Of a stretch of 64,000 bases of DNA, positions 1 through 10,482 are shown one piece after another. The translations under genes were made by a program, and so were the position numbers. The first letter of the stretch is position 1; the number at the start of each line of letters is the position of its first letter. Below the pieces are notes generated by a model. The model was given only the letters and a program-made list of their open reading frames with translations, was not told the DNA's origin and searched no databases. The stretch comes from Bythopirellula sp. (lineage in GTDB: Bacteria; Planctomycetota; Planctomycetia; Pirellulales; Lacipirellulaceae): the NCBI GenBank assembly GCA_965216565.1, contig OZ244170.1:4160001-4224000 (forward strand). The letters are read 5' to 3'.

Positions 1-2244
1 TCCCATGAGGGACAGTGCGCTAGTGCCGCTCCCGGAGACCGTCACTCCGCCCGCGCTTGAGGCGGAAAATATCCCCACATCTGCCGACAGCAAAAGGGTG
101 AGTGATCCGCTATCGGGGTCAAGGAGTTCAACGACACTCAGATCAAAGTTGCCCAAAGTGTCTTCCACCAGTGACATGTCGGTAGGTAAGCTACCCGTAT
201 TGGTTGGCAGATCATCCACCGCCGTGATGTCGACGTCGACATCGCCCAGTGAGATTGTGGTTTCCGCATCACTGAGCGACACCGAAATCGTATCGGCTGC
301 TGTGCCAGATGCATTGAGGGCACTCGTGTATTGGATGCCGGTGATCGTATCAAGGAAACTATTTAAGTTAATGGGTGAACCTGAAAGCGTTAAAGAAGAA
401 GTGCCACTGCCTGATACAGCAACACCTCCCCCGCCAGTCGCAATTAGAATTCCGCTAGTGGCTGACAAATCGAGACTCAGCACGTCGCCATCAAGATCAA
501 CGAGATCCAATCCACTTAAGTCGACCTCCCCAGGCACATCTTCAAGAGCTGAAACATTGGCAGGCAACGAACCGGCATTCGAGGGAGCGTCGTTTACCGC
601 CGCGATGTCCACGCCAAAACTGCCCAGCGCAATCGGAGGATTCCCATCGTTCACCTCCAGAGAAATGGTATCGACGCCGATACCGCTAACGTTATCCGCA
701 CCGGTGAATTGAATGTTGCTCGCGAGATCTAAGAAGCTATTAATGTTTGCTGCATCGCCCGATAAAGAGAGGCTAGCTGTTCCGGATCCGCTGGCAACGA
801 CTCCATTGGCACTTGTGGCGTTGAATGTTCCTCCCAGTGCAGATATCGTCAGCGTTAGCTGATCTCCATCGGCGTCGAAAAGTGATACATCGCCGAGATC
901 CAGATTGCCGGCAATATCTTCGGTGACTGCCAAATCAGTCGGAATAGTCCCGGAATTGATAGGGGCATCGTTCACCGCGATGATATCGATGTCGACCGGA
1001 CTAAGGGCCACCTGCGACTGCCCGTCGGTGACCGAGATCTCCAGCGTATCGGCTCCGGCGCCTGCGATGTTGGTGAGACCTGTATATTGAATATTGCTCG
1101 TCGTAGCGAGATATGTATTGAGATTGGCCGGAGAACCTGTGAGCGACAAGCTCGTCGTGCCGGTTCCGCTGACCGTCACACCTCCGCCGTTGGTAGCCGC
1201 AAGTGTCCCGCCCCCGCTCTCGATGGTAAGTGTCAGTAATGCACTGTCTGGGTCGGCAAGCGTAACGCTACTCAAGTCGACCTGTGAGGCAACATCCTCT
1301 ACAGCAGTGACCGTAGTAGGCAGAGTTCCAGAATTGATTGGTGGGTCATCTACGGATGTGATCGAAAAGCTAAAGGTCTCTGTCAGAGGAACGACTCCGT
1401 CTTCACCATCGTCTGACAAAGAAAAATCAAAGCTGTCTGTCGTGATCTCAGCACCACTGTGAACGTATAAGACCAACCCCGAATCAATATCAAGTTGCGT
1501 AAACGAAGTGATGGGCGTGCCAGGGGCGGTTGCCAGTTCCAATTGGCCCTGCGTAGGACCTGCCGTAACGGTGTAAACCAAATCCGAGGCCTCATCGTCG
1601 GGATCATTTGCTGCAAGTTCGCCTGCAGAGATGACGCCGACGTCGCCTTCAATCAGCGAGCCACCGAGATTGTGGACTAGTGTTGGTGGATCGTTTGTCC
1701 CGACCACCTGAATCAATGCCGAGACCGCGGAGGTAAGGCCTTGGTCATCGGCTAGGATATAGTGGATGGTGTCGTCGATTGTCTCGCCAGATTCCAGGCC
1801 GCGGACGATTGCGCTGTTCCGTGGGTCGTAGGTGAAGCTTCCATCCGGGTTGATGTCTACGATTGCCCCCAGATCACTCAGAGCCTCAAACGATTGCAGA
1901 CTCACGATTCCACCGTCAGGATCAATGGCGTTTACCAGGACCCCTGGGGCCGCGATACCCACCTCCAGCTGATCGTCCCCGGGACTTAACGGAAACGTTG
2001 TACTGCCTGCCACCGGGGGACGATTGTTCTGGTCGGGTACGTTATTGGTCTGGATGAGCGTGCCGATACTTAGTGGATGATTGACAAATTCTTGCTGGAC
2101 GCTACCGCCGCCATCTGCGCCGAAAATATCGACACTTCCGCTACCATTAAGGTTAATAAAGTAGGTGTCGATCGCCAGCATGAGGCGGCATTCGAGTTGC
2201 TCGCAAGCGAGACGTTTGGAACGAGTGTGATTTTCTCGAGTCAT
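1..2244 (-). CDS. Large secreted adhesin-like protein with Ig/cadherin-like repeats (5' part; runs off the left edge)
   Basis: Manual translation from ATG at 2244 (RBS AGGGAAAGG): MTRENHTRSKRLACEQLECRLMLA (planctomycete export motif). Repeats ITAVNDAP/AVNDAP/TAVDDLP and a cadherin/CSPG-like block (ADDPDDEASDLVYTVTAGPTQGQL...SFTQLDIDSGLVLYVH). Absent from the ORF track, presumably because no stop falls in the window. Confidence 0.85.
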   Translation of the reverse strand, partial: MTRENHTRSKRLACEQLECRLMLAIDTYFINLNGSGSVDIFGADGGGSVQQEFVNHPLSIGTLIQTNNVPDQNNRPPVAGSTTFPLSPGDDQLEVGIAAPGVLVNAIDPDGGIVSLQSFEALSDLGAIVDINPDGSFTYDPRNSAIVRGLESGETIDDTIHYILADDQGLTSAVSALIQVVGTNDPPTLVHNLGGSLIEGDVGVISAGELAANDPDDEASDLVYTVTAGPTQGQLELATAPGTPITSFTQLDIDSGLVLYVHSGAEITTDSFDFSLSDDGEDGVVPLTETFSFSITSVDDPPINSGTLPTTVTAVEDVASQVDLSSVTLADPDSALLTLTIESGGGTLAATNGGGVTVSGTGTTSLSLTGSPANLNTYLATTSNIQYTGLTNIAGAGADTLEISVTDGQSQVALSPVDIDIIAVNDAPINSGTIPTDLAVTEDIAGNLDLGDVSLFDADGDQLTLTISALGGTFNATSANGVVASGSGTASLSLSGDAANINSFLDLASNIQFTGADNVSGIGVDTISLEVNDGNPPIALGSFGVDIAAVNDAPSNAGSLPANVSALEDVPGEVDLSGLDLVDLDGDVLSLDLSATSGILIATGGGGVAVSGSGTSSLTLSGSPINLNSFLDTITGIQYTSALNASGTAADTISVSLSDAETTISLGDVDVDITAVDDLPTNTGSLPTDMSLVEDTLGNFDLSVVELLDPDSGSLTLLLSADVGIFSASSAGGVTVSGSGTSALSLMG

Positions 2245-2324
2245 CTGGATACCTTTCCCTGGGCATCATTTGTGGAGGAAATACACGTCTAGCCCTGAAA
2301 GCAACCGTTGAACTATTCGGTTTG

Positions 2325-3818
2325 CTAAAAAGCAATCACCAAGTCCGAGGCAAGTGTGATTTGACTGCCATCAGTACGATCGCCGAAAGCGCGGATGGTT
2401 GGGTCGCCACCCGGAACCGTAGCGCTGCCGCGGACATCCGACCAGTCCCAGCGAATCTCTGGCCGAAGCCAAATATTTGAGGTCAAGAAACAATTCATGC
2501 CAGCAGTTAGCGCAAAGTAATTACCACCCCGCAGCACTGGCCCACCGGGGTTGTATTCCACCGGCACCCCTATCCGGCTGTGATCTTCGTCGCGAAACCA
2601 TTCGAATCGAAAGGCACCGACATACCATTCGCTAGCGTCCCACAACAAGTACTGGCTAACGCCGTACCACTGGGCATGGTCGTACGACACTGTCGACGGT
2701 CCCAGGTTGGCGACTGTTACAGTATTTTGCTGACTCCCAAAAACTGGCGCAACGATATATCGCCAATGTTCTGAGAATTGTTGCTGGTAAACCATGTGGA
2801 GCGATACACGATCGTCAACCAGGGAGCGACCTCCGCTGATGATGTTGGTGAGATCGTCACCAACTTGGACCACGACTGAAAGCTCATGAACCCGATCGGT
2901 AGAACGTAGTGTCGTGCCCCCTACGATTCCCCAAGTATCAACGTTACTGTCCCAAATATCCCAGCCTTGGCTGTAACCCAGGTACCAGGTTGTTTCTTGG
3001 CGTGGCGAATATGCTGCGAGCGCTCCGGTTTGCGTGAAAGGAGTAGCAAAAGCAAAGGCGTAAGAATGCGAATAAAAGATGTTCTCTGGTGACGCAAAAC
3101 GTTCGTAACCGGCGATGGAGTAGAAGTGGCCCAACTTCAGGGAGAATTCATTCGAGTTGGCGGGAGCTACTTCTATATACGCTTGGGGCAGCGCGAGTCC
3201 GTATCGCTCATTCTCCGAGTTCCATTTGCGAGTTCGATCGTGGTGCCGTTCTAGCCCAGGGACGCTAACAAACTGAGAATCGTAACCGTACGTCGCGTCT
3301 ATTCGGGCCATCACATCCCAATTCTGGTAATCGTCCAGTAACTGGGATTCCGAAAATAGATAGTATTGGTTCAATAAGTATTCGTTAGCACGGTCATTAA
3401 ATAGTACGGGGCGATTCAACCCGTTGGTTGGTTGATCCGGGTTGCCGGTGTACCCTTGCGCTAGCCAGCCTCCCCACTGAATGGCGGCATCGGTGGTGTG
3501 ACCTTCATATCGTCGTTCATCTACAGCGAAGAGTGTCGACCCAAACTCATCGAGAATTCCGCTCGTTAGTGTGATACTCTCACCTTCATCTGATTCAGAT
3601 TGAGGCCGAGTTTCGAGAAAGGACGCCACAAAGGTCCCCTGTTCGTGATGCTCTATTAGGGGAGCCTGCCGCGGTTCCGTGTCTTGGTCTACGGACGAAT
3701 GGATCGGTGGTAACGGTCGGAGCAGATCGGTTGCTATCACACGTTCCAGGCAAACGAATTCAAGCAAACATGAAACGAAGATGACTACTTCTTTACGAAG
3801 AGAAAAATACCGACTCAT
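2325..3818 (-). CDS. Outer-membrane beta-barrel porin, BBP2/OmpL-like
   Basis: 497 aa; motifs FNDRANEYLLNQ, LALPQAYIEV, GHFYSIAGYE, FYSHSY, RFEWFRD, RPEIRWDW; C-terminal Phe. Confidence 0.8.
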   Translation of the reverse strand: MSRYFSLRKEVVIFVSCLLEFVCLERVIATDLLRPLPPIHSSVDQDTEPRQAPLIEHHEQGTFVASFLETRPQSESDEGESITLTSGILDEFGSTLFAVDERRYEGHTTDAAIQWGGWLAQGYTGNPDQPTNGLNRPVLFNDRANEYLLNQYYLFSESQLLDDYQNWDVMARIDATYGYDSQFVSVPGLERHHDRTRKWNSENERYGLALPQAYIEVAPANSNEFSLKLGHFYSIAGYERFASPENIFYSHSYAFAFATPFTQTGALAAYSPRQETTWYLGYSQGWDIWDSNVDTWGIVGGTTLRSTDRVHELSVVVQVGDDLTNIISGGRSLVDDRVSLHMVYQQQFSEHWRYIVAPVFGSQQNTVTVANLGPSTVSYDHAQWYGVSQYLLWDASEWYVGAFRFEWFRDEDHSRIGVPVEYNPGGPVLRGGNYFALTAGMNCFLTSNIWLRPEIRWDWSDVRGSATVPGGDPTIRAFGDRTDGSQITLASDLVIAF

Positions 3819-4432
3819 TACAAACTTTCAGACGAGCGATGGCATCAATACCCTGTTCTGCAACAAAGAGACTGGTTACCTATAAGCAGCGTAGGAGTGC
3901 GTGGCAAAGAAGTAGATTCGGTGAAAAGAGCTCAGTGCGAGGGCGCTGTAAGCGTCGGCTCGCAGTGGACAAGAGCTGCTGGGTGAGGAGAAATACTGGC
4001 TCCACACTCTTGTGTCAACTTTGATCTCCATTTGAGAAAGTTGATATACGATGGGAACCTTGTGAAAACCCTCTTAATAGATATGCTCACCTAGAATTAA
4101 TATCGAGAGACTGGGTAGCCTGAGCATTTTGTGGTCTGTTGCAGACCGATTTAGCATGAGGTTAACCACAGGCCTTCGACGGTTAACCAACATCCCCTGA
4201 CGGGAACTCAAGCTTCTAAAGAATCTTGAAATAATAGGGAACGCGATCTGGAGAGGCTAACGATTCCTGGCGTCTGATAGCAAAGTGCACTCCACAGAAT
4301 AGCTAATTGAGGGGCTGACAGAATGTCATTGTGGGGCCGCCCACAGAAGAGCAGTAGCGTATATAACGCTAGCTATCGCTCGACATCTTTAGAGGAATTG
4401 GAGGAGCATGAACTTTTAGTAATTGCTCGAAG

Positions 4433-4506
4433 CACGCCCGGTAGGACTCGAACCTACAACCCCTGGTTCCGAAGACCAGTGCTCTATCCAATTGAGCTAC
4501 GGACGC
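4433..4506 (-). tRNA. tRNA-Arg (anticodon UCG)
   Basis: GCGTCCG TAGCTCAATTGGATAGAGC A CTGGT CTTCGGA ACCAG GGGTT GTAGG TTCGAGT CCTAC CGGGCGT G folds as a cloverleaf; CCA not encoded. Confidence 0.95.
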
Positions 4507-4659
4507 GTAGTGGATTCGTCTGTCAGCATAAGATGTCTAGTGATTTGCGACAAGTCATGACCACGAAATGCAAGGTGGGGATCGTGGCCGGTGGCCTTAG
4601 GTTGCTTGAGGGGAATTGCTGATGCCGGGGGAGGCCAGCCGCTATTGCTAAACAGTCGG

Positions 4660-4893
4660 TTACGCCATCGATTCCACGAGTGTGAGAAGTGCCATCACCA
4701 CTGCCATGAACACGGTGATCCACATTCCGAAGCGGACGGCATGATTGAGGATGGGGCCCATCTGCTCGTGGCGGGTCGCGGCACAAACCAAGCTAACGCT
4801 AGCGATCAAAGGCACCGCGTACAGCAGGTTCACTACCGCCAACAGTGGGACGATTGTGATTGAACTGTCGTTGAGAAGGGAAGCGAGCATCAC
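4660..4893 (-). CDS. Small two-TM membrane protein
   Basis: 77 aa, hydrophobic; overlaps the stop of the upstream gene by 4 bp. Confidence 0.6.
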   Translation of the reverse strand: MMLASLLNDSSITIVPLLAVVNLLYAVPLIASVSLVCAATRHEQMGPILNHAVRFGMWITVFMAVVMALLTLVESMA

Positions 4894-5489
4894 GACGATT
4901 CATCCTCCGGCGCATTCTCTTCTGTTTGGTTGCCAGTCTGGGAAATGATGAGCGGACCGCCAGCGGCATCGCAAATTACCAGTACGTTGAGCAGTCCCGC
5001 CACCATCGTGAAGATTGTGCCAATTTCAAAGTAAGGGTGGTGGTCCACCGTCCATGCGGCCAATTCGTTAGGCTGCATCGATTCGTTATTCGAGTAATCA
5101 ATCCACTCAGTTCGTCGGTCGGCCGGGGGAGCCATAAAACCATTCAGCAATGGTTCTTGGTTGTTCATCACCCGATGCTTTTGAACGAGCATCGGCGTGG
5201 CAGGCAATCCTACGCCGAGCTGGCACCAGTGCTGCCAGCGGTATTGCTGCTCCCAGGGCACGGCAGCGTAAACAACTTTGCCGCCGCCCAAATACATGCC
5301 GTAAACGAATGTTCCCAGAATGCAAATGAAGAACAGAATGCCCTTGGCCGTGCGTCCTTGATAAATGTGACCCAGCCCGGGCAGCGCCCATGCCAGGAAT
5401 CCAGCCAGCCAGGGATTCTTTAGATCGATTTCGATCAAGTCTTCGGACTCCGTGGAGCCAACCGCATTGGGGATTTTCGTTTTAGCCAT
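4890..5489 (-). CDS. Membrane protein, DUF6677-like
   Basis: LAWALPGLGHIYQGR...KG motif and C-terminal GTIFTMVAGLLNVLVICDA. Confidence 0.7.
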   Translation of the reverse strand: MAKTKIPNAVGSTESEDLIEIDLKNPWLAGFLAWALPGLGHIYQGRTAKGILFFICILGTFVYGMYLGGGKVVYAAVPWEQQYRWQHWCQLGVGLPATPMLVQKHRVMNNQEPLLNGFMAPPADRRTEWIDYSNNESMQPNELAAWTVDHHPYFEIGTIFTMVAGLLNVLVICDAAGGPLIISQTGNQTEENAPEDESS

Positions 5490-5707
5490 CGTTCAATTCA
5501 GGCCAATTCAGGCATGGTGAGGGGACTTGCTGAGTAAGCTCCCCATTGTAAGTGTGGCAGGTGAAAAAACCCAGAGCAGGTGGCAGTTGGCTATTGGTCG
5601 GTCGAAAACGCTATCAGTGCGACAAGAGGATTTCGCCGTCTCGGACGTTATCTTGGCAAAATTCACCAAGAATCAGACGTACCTCACGCACAATGCCCTG
5701 GCAAAAC

Positions 5708-6727
5708 CTAGAACGCCAGGAATAGGGTCACGATCACCAGCAGCACCAACACGATGATTGTCGCCATCCTGTTGCTTTTGGCCTTCTTCGCCTTGGGGCG
5801 ATCCACCTGTAATCGACGCGTCAAATTGGGTGGCACATCGCGCACGCCCGTGGCCATGATTTGATTACTACGTCGACGGTGGATCGAAGCACCCTCGCTT
5901 GAGGTTCCTGAAAGCAACTGCTCAAGTTTTTCCACAACCACCGTCGCACTATCTGGGCGTTCGTCGGGCGACTTCTTTAGCAGTTCATCGACCAAATCGG
6001 CCAACTCCGCCGGGCACTCAGCGAGGAGAACATCGAGCCGCGGTGGCTCGGTATCGAGGTGTTGGTCGAAGATCGTGCAGAAGTCGGGGCCATCAAACGG
6101 TACGCAGCCCGCGATCATCTCGAATAGGATGCAACCGGTGGCGTACAGGTCGAGCCGTCCATCAATATTCTCCTCACCGGTGATTTGCTCCGGTGCCATG
6201 TAGCGCCAAGTGCCGACGGTCTGACCCTGTTGGGTGAGTCGATCTTCGTTCAAGTCGCGAGCCAAGCCGAGGTCGCCGAGCTTCACCAGGCCATCTTCAG
6301 ATAGATACAGGTTTGCCGGTTTTAAGTCGCGATGCACGCAGCCTTTGTCGTGCGCGTGCTCCAATGCCTGACACAATTGCAGGGCCACCTCCACCGCTTC
6401 ACGCCAAGGCAATTCTTTTCGGCGTTGCAATACTTCTTTCAAAGAGCCGCACTCCACCAACTCCATGGCGCAGTAGATACTGCCATCGTGCAGACCCGCT
6501 TCGTAGTGGCGGACGATGTTTTGGTGATTCAGCTTGGCAAGCATGGCCACCTCGCGCACAAAGCGATTCTGCACTTCGGGCTCTAGCTCCTTGGTACCGT
6601 GCAGAAACTTCAGCGCGACGCGTTGCCCTGTTTCTCGGTGAGTGGCCTCGTAGACCGCACCAAAAGCACCCTCGCCCAGGCAAATGCCGAGTATGTAATG
6701 GTCGCAAATTTCGCCAGTCGTGGGCAT
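5708..6727 (-). CDS. Hanks-type Ser/Thr protein kinase with C-terminal TM anchor
   Basis: GEGAFGAV, VALK, HRDLKPAN, DLG, GTWRYMAPE motifs. Confidence 0.95.
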   Translation of the reverse strand: MPTTGEICDHYILGICLGEGAFGAVYEATHRETGQRVALKFLHGTKELEPEVQNRFVREVAMLAKLNHQNIVRHYEAGLHDGSIYCAMELVECGSLKEVLQRRKELPWREAVEVALQLCQALEHAHDKGCVHRDLKPANLYLSEDGLVKLGDLGLARDLNEDRLTQQGQTVGTWRYMAPEQITGEENIDGRLDLYATGCILFEMIAGCVPFDGPDFCTIFDQHLDTEPPRLDVLLAECPAELADLVDELLKKSPDERPDSATVVVEKLEQLLSGTSSEGASIHRRRSNQIMATGVRDVPPNLTRRLQVDRPKAKKAKSNRMATIIVLVLLVIVTLFLAF

Positions 6728-6996
6728 CGGAAAGGGGTCGGGGTTCAGGGGGCTCGGATGAGGGAACTCAATAAACAGCTTCTATGATAAGGGTACCGAT
6801 GGTTCTTGCACACACGTTGATTGGGGGCGCGTTTTTCGACCAATTCTGGGCAGCCTTGCAGAGGACTTCTCAAGTGCTGAGCCCGTTGAGAATGGGGGAC
6901 AAAAATGGTAAATTAAAGAGCTTGAGGCGAGGCTGAAATTGAACCCCTAACCCCTGCCCTCCGCCCCCTCATCCCCCCCAAGAAAGGACGCTCAAC

Positions 6997-9663
6997 GTGT
7001 CGACCGATTCGTCTGATCCCAACCTTCCCGAAGACGACGACCCTGCAGGTGCTATCGCCGCCCGGCTCATCGATTTGCCGATCGAAGATGAGCTCAAAGA
7101 TAGCTATCTGACCTACGCGATGAGTGTAATCGTCAGTCGCGCTTTGCCCGACGTCCGCGATGGTTTGAAGCCCTCGCAGCGTCGAATTCTAGTAGCCATG
7201 AACGACTTGAACCTCACGCCGGGTGCTGCCCGCGTGAAGTGTGCCAAGATTTCTGGCGATACCAGCGGTAACTACCATCCGCACGGCGAAAGCGTAATTT
7301 ATCCTACCCTCGTTCGCATGGCCCAAGAGTGGAACATGCGCCACATCCTGATCGACAAGCAGGGTAACTTTGGTTCGATTGCCGGTCTGCCGCCGGCTGC
7401 CATGCGATACACCGAAGCCCGCATGTCGCAGTTTGCCGCGCTGATGCTTGAAGACTTGAAGCTCGACACCGTTGACTTCGTTCCGACCTACGACGAACGG
7501 CACGTCGAACCAACCGTATTGCCGTCGAAATTCCCAAACCTGCTAGTAAACGGCACCAATGGTATTGCTGTGGGTATGGCCACCAGCATTCCACCTCACA
7601 ACCTGGGCGAGGTCTGCCAGGGCGTCATCGAATTGATCGACAATCCCGAGATCACTATCCAGGAACTGATGCAGCACATTCCTGGTCCCGACTTCCCTAC
7701 CGGCGGCATCATCTGCGGCAGGTCCTCTATCTGGAAAGGTTACGAAACGGGCCGCAGCACCATTACTGTTCGCGCCCGCACGTCGATTGACGACAGTGGC
7801 AAGAAAACGCGAATCATCATCCATGAAATTCCGTTCCAGCAGGCCCGCGACCGCGTGGAAGAACGGATTGCCCAACTGGCCAACGACAACAAAATCCCTG
7901 GCATCTCCGCGACTCGCAACGAGAGCGATCTGAAAGAGCCGGTGCGATTGATTCTCGAGCTAAAGCGCGACGCCGATCCGGACGTGGTGCTCAACCAGCT
8001 ATACAAGTATTCGCCGCTGCAGGATTCGTTCTCGATCATCTTCCTGGCACTCGTGGACGGCAAGCCGCGCGTGCTGAATCTCAAGGAGATGCTGGAAGAA
8101 TTCGTCCGCCACCGCGTGACGGTTATTCGCCGTCGCACGCAGTTCTTGCTCACGAAGGCTCGCAAGCGCAAGCACACGGTGCAAGGCCTGCTATTGGCCC
8201 ACGCCAATATCGACGAAGTCATTCGCGTCATTCGGGCATCTAAAACTCAGTCCGAGGCCAAGCAAGCCTTAATGGATATTAAGACGCCGGGCGCACTTTT
8301 GAAGCGAGCCCTTGGCGACGAAGGTTATAGCCAATTCCAGGAAGAACGTGGCGTTGCCGAAGAGTATTCGCTAACTCCCGTGCAGGCCGACGCGATTTTG
8401 AAGATGACGCTCGGCCAGTTGGTCAACTTGGAGCAAGAGAAACTAGCCGACGAGCATGCGAAGCTACTCGAGGAAATATCCGAGTACTCCGGCATTCTCG
8501 CCGACCAGGCCAAGATCTTCGCGATGATCCGCGACGATTGCCAGATGCTCATCGACAAGCACGCCAACAAACGGCGGACGGAGATCTCCAACGAGGAGAT
8601 CGGCGACGTCGATTTGGAAGACCTCATCGAAGAAGAGCAGATGGTGGTTTCGATCTCCCATCAAGGCTACATCAAACGCACCCCAGCCAGCGTCTACCGC
8701 GCCCAGCGTCGCGGCGGCAAGGGTATCAAGGGAGCGAAGACTGACGAAGACGACCCAGTCGAGCACTTGTTCGTCTCCAGCACGCACGACTACTTGCTGT
8801 TCTTCACGAACAAGGGCAAGGTGTACTGGCAGAAGGTTTACAATCTGCCGCAACTGTCGCGCGATGCGAAAGGTCGGGCAGTCGTGAATCTGCTCAACCT
8901 CACAGAAGACGAGCAAATTGCCGATTGCCGGGCGGTCCGTGATTTTGATCTCCCCGATCATTGCCTGGTGATGGCTACGCGCAAAGGTCTGGTGAAGAAG
9001 ACACTTCTCAAGGCCTATCGGCGTCCCATGAAGACTGGCATCATTGCCATCAAGCTGAAGGACGACGACGAATTGGTCGACGTGGTTGTTACCAAGCCGG
9101 GCGACGAACTGGTCCTAGCCACAGCGTCTGGCATGGCAATTCGGTTCAACGAAGCCGATGCCCGACCCACCGGCCGCAACACGAGTGGCGTGAAGGGCAT
9201 CAATCTTGGCAAAGGCGATGCATTGGTGGGGATGGTGGTCGCTGACCCCGACGCCACACTGCTGACGGCGTGTGAAAACGGCTATGGCAAACGGACCCCC
9301 TTCGGCCCCAATGCAGCCGACCTGGACGACTCCACCGAGGACGACACCAGTTCCTCTTTCCGATACCGCACCCAAAACCGCGGCGGCAAGGGACTTCGCG
9401 ACATCAAAACCACCGACCGCAATGGTTCGGTAATGGGCATAGTGCGTGTCGACGACGAAGACGAGTTGATGATGATGACCGCTCGCGGCAAGATTCAGCG
9501 CGTGAAGGTCAGCGACTTCAATGCCATTGGCCGCAACACGCAAGGCGTGCGTATCATGACCCTCGACGAAGGCGATACCCTGGCGGCGCTGGTTCGCGTT
9601 CCGCCCGAGGACGATGACGACGAGGCAGACCCCGGAGCTGAGGCACCAACCACCGAGGCGTGA
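6997..9663 (+). CDS. gyrA: DNA gyrase subunit A
   Basis: [23 protein letters not shown] catalytic Tyr, GyrA-box QRRGGKG, beta-pinwheel repeats. Confidence 0.97.
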   Translation: MSTDSSDPNLPEDDDPAGAIAARLIDLPIEDELKDSYLTYAMSVIVSRALPDVRDGLKPSQRRILVAMNDLNLTPGAARVKCAKISGDTSGNYHPHGESVIYPTLVRMAQEWNMRHILIDKQGNFGSIAGLPPAAMRYTEARMSQFAALMLEDLKLDTVDFVPTYDERHVEPTVLPSKFPNLLVNGTNGIAVGMATSIPPHNLGEVCQGVIELIDNPEITIQELMQHIPGPDFPTGGIICGRSSIWKGYETGRSTITVRARTSIDDSGKKTRIIIHEIPFQQARDRVEERIAQLANDNKIPGISATRNESDLKEPVRLILELKRDADPDVVLNQLYKYSPLQDSFSIIFLALVDGKPRVLNLKEMLEEFVRHRVTVIRRRTQFLLTKARKRKHTVQGLLLAHANIDEVIRVIRASKTQSEAKQALMDIKTPGALLKRALGDEGYSQFQEERGVAEEYSLTPVQADAILKMTLGQLVNLEQEKLADEHAKLLEEISEYSGILADQAKIFAMIRDDCQMLIDKHANKRRTEISNEEIGDVDLEDLIEEEQMVVSISHQGYIKRTPASVYRAQRRGGKGIKGAKTDEDDPVEHLFVSSTHDYLLFFTNKGKVYWQKVYNLPQLSRDAKGRAVVNLLNLTEDEQIADCRAVRDFDLPDHCLVMATRKGLVKKTLLKAYRRPMKTGIIAIKLKDDDELVDVVVTKPGDELVLATASGMAIRFNEADARPTGRNTSGVKGINLGKGDALVGMVVADPDATLLTACENGYGKRTPFGPNAADLDDSTEDDTSSSFRYRTQNRGGKGLRDIKTTDRNGSVMGIVRVDDEDELMMMTARGKIQRVKVSDFNAIGRNTQGVRIMTLDEGDTLAALVRVPPEDDDDEADPGAEAPTTEA

Positions 9664-9676
9664 TCAGCGAGGGTTT

Positions 9677-9762
9677 GCGGTGTCGGCCACGACGCCTACC
9701 CACTTGGTGCAAAGTGTTCGAGTGTAAGCAGGCGATAGGTCGTTGCCGACCGCGCTAACACT
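9677..9762. repeat. REP-like hairpin pair at the 3' end of the transposase
   Basis: GCGGTGTCG-GCCA-CGACGCC (9677-9696) and an inverted degenerate copy at 9738-9762; third copy at 10375-10400. Confidence 0.65.
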
Positions 9763-10348
9763 TGTACGCTTCGACGAACGTCCAATTCTGCGGTTTCAGG
9801 CCTGCGCGTACGGGATTGTTCTCAACATATGCGATTGTCCTTCGCACATCTGCCTCCGTATCAAGAAACACCTTCCAGCCGCCGCTTGCCCACGGCGAGG
9901 GCAGTTTGCCATTTGAGCGAGGATGATCGACAAATGGATGCACGTCTTCTTCGTTAAGTCGACGAGTAGCAGCGCGTTTCAATGCAGAGATCACTTCGTC
10001 ACCCCGCAAACGATGTGTACCTACCACCAAGTGAGCGTGGTCTGGCATGATCGAGCAGGCGTAGACCGAAATGCGAAGTTGCTCGATGATTCTTGTAAAG
10101 CCTCGGCCAATGGCTCTCGCTTGTATGCCCGAGAACTCTACTGGTTGATGTTTCAAAGCTTCCTTAGTCTTGCGACGAAGTTGAATGTCATGGGCAACAC
10201 CAGCAACCGAATGCCTGGTATTTACCTTAGTCGCTCCCCCGCCAACTTCGTATAGGTGGTGGGCTCGGACCTCACTAGAACCGCTCCCCCGTGGGTCGTT
10301 CGGAAGCCAATAGCCATATGTTGTGAAAATCAGATGAGTACCAAGCAT
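9755..10348 (-). mobile_element. REP-associated HUH/Y1 tyrosine transposase (RAYT-like)
   Basis: TYGYWLPNDPRG, HUH motif MPDHAHL, catalytic YVENNP. Confidence 0.85.
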
Positions 10349-10482
10349 CCAAATATGATAACAAACAACGCCCCAGTGTTAGCGGTGTCGGCCACGACAC
10401 ATCCATGATCGAGCCATAAAAAACACGTGACCTCCCCGCATCGGCGGGTATAATCAATAGCGATCCCATGGAGATTTCAGCC

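Noticed and set aside
5..1462. Plus-strand Ser/Pro/Val-rich ORFs (5..712, 905..1090, 1094..1462)
   Set aside because: Antisense shadows of the minus-strand adhesin
4160..4189. Two GGTTAACCA motifs 21 bp apart
   Set aside because: Could be a regulator site, but too short to support without comparative data
4323..4622. 99-aa ORF
   Set aside because: Overlaps the tRNA-Arg gene on the opposite strand
6997..9663. Possible parC, since no gyrB is adjacent
   Set aside because: A canonical GyrA-box QRRGGKG is present
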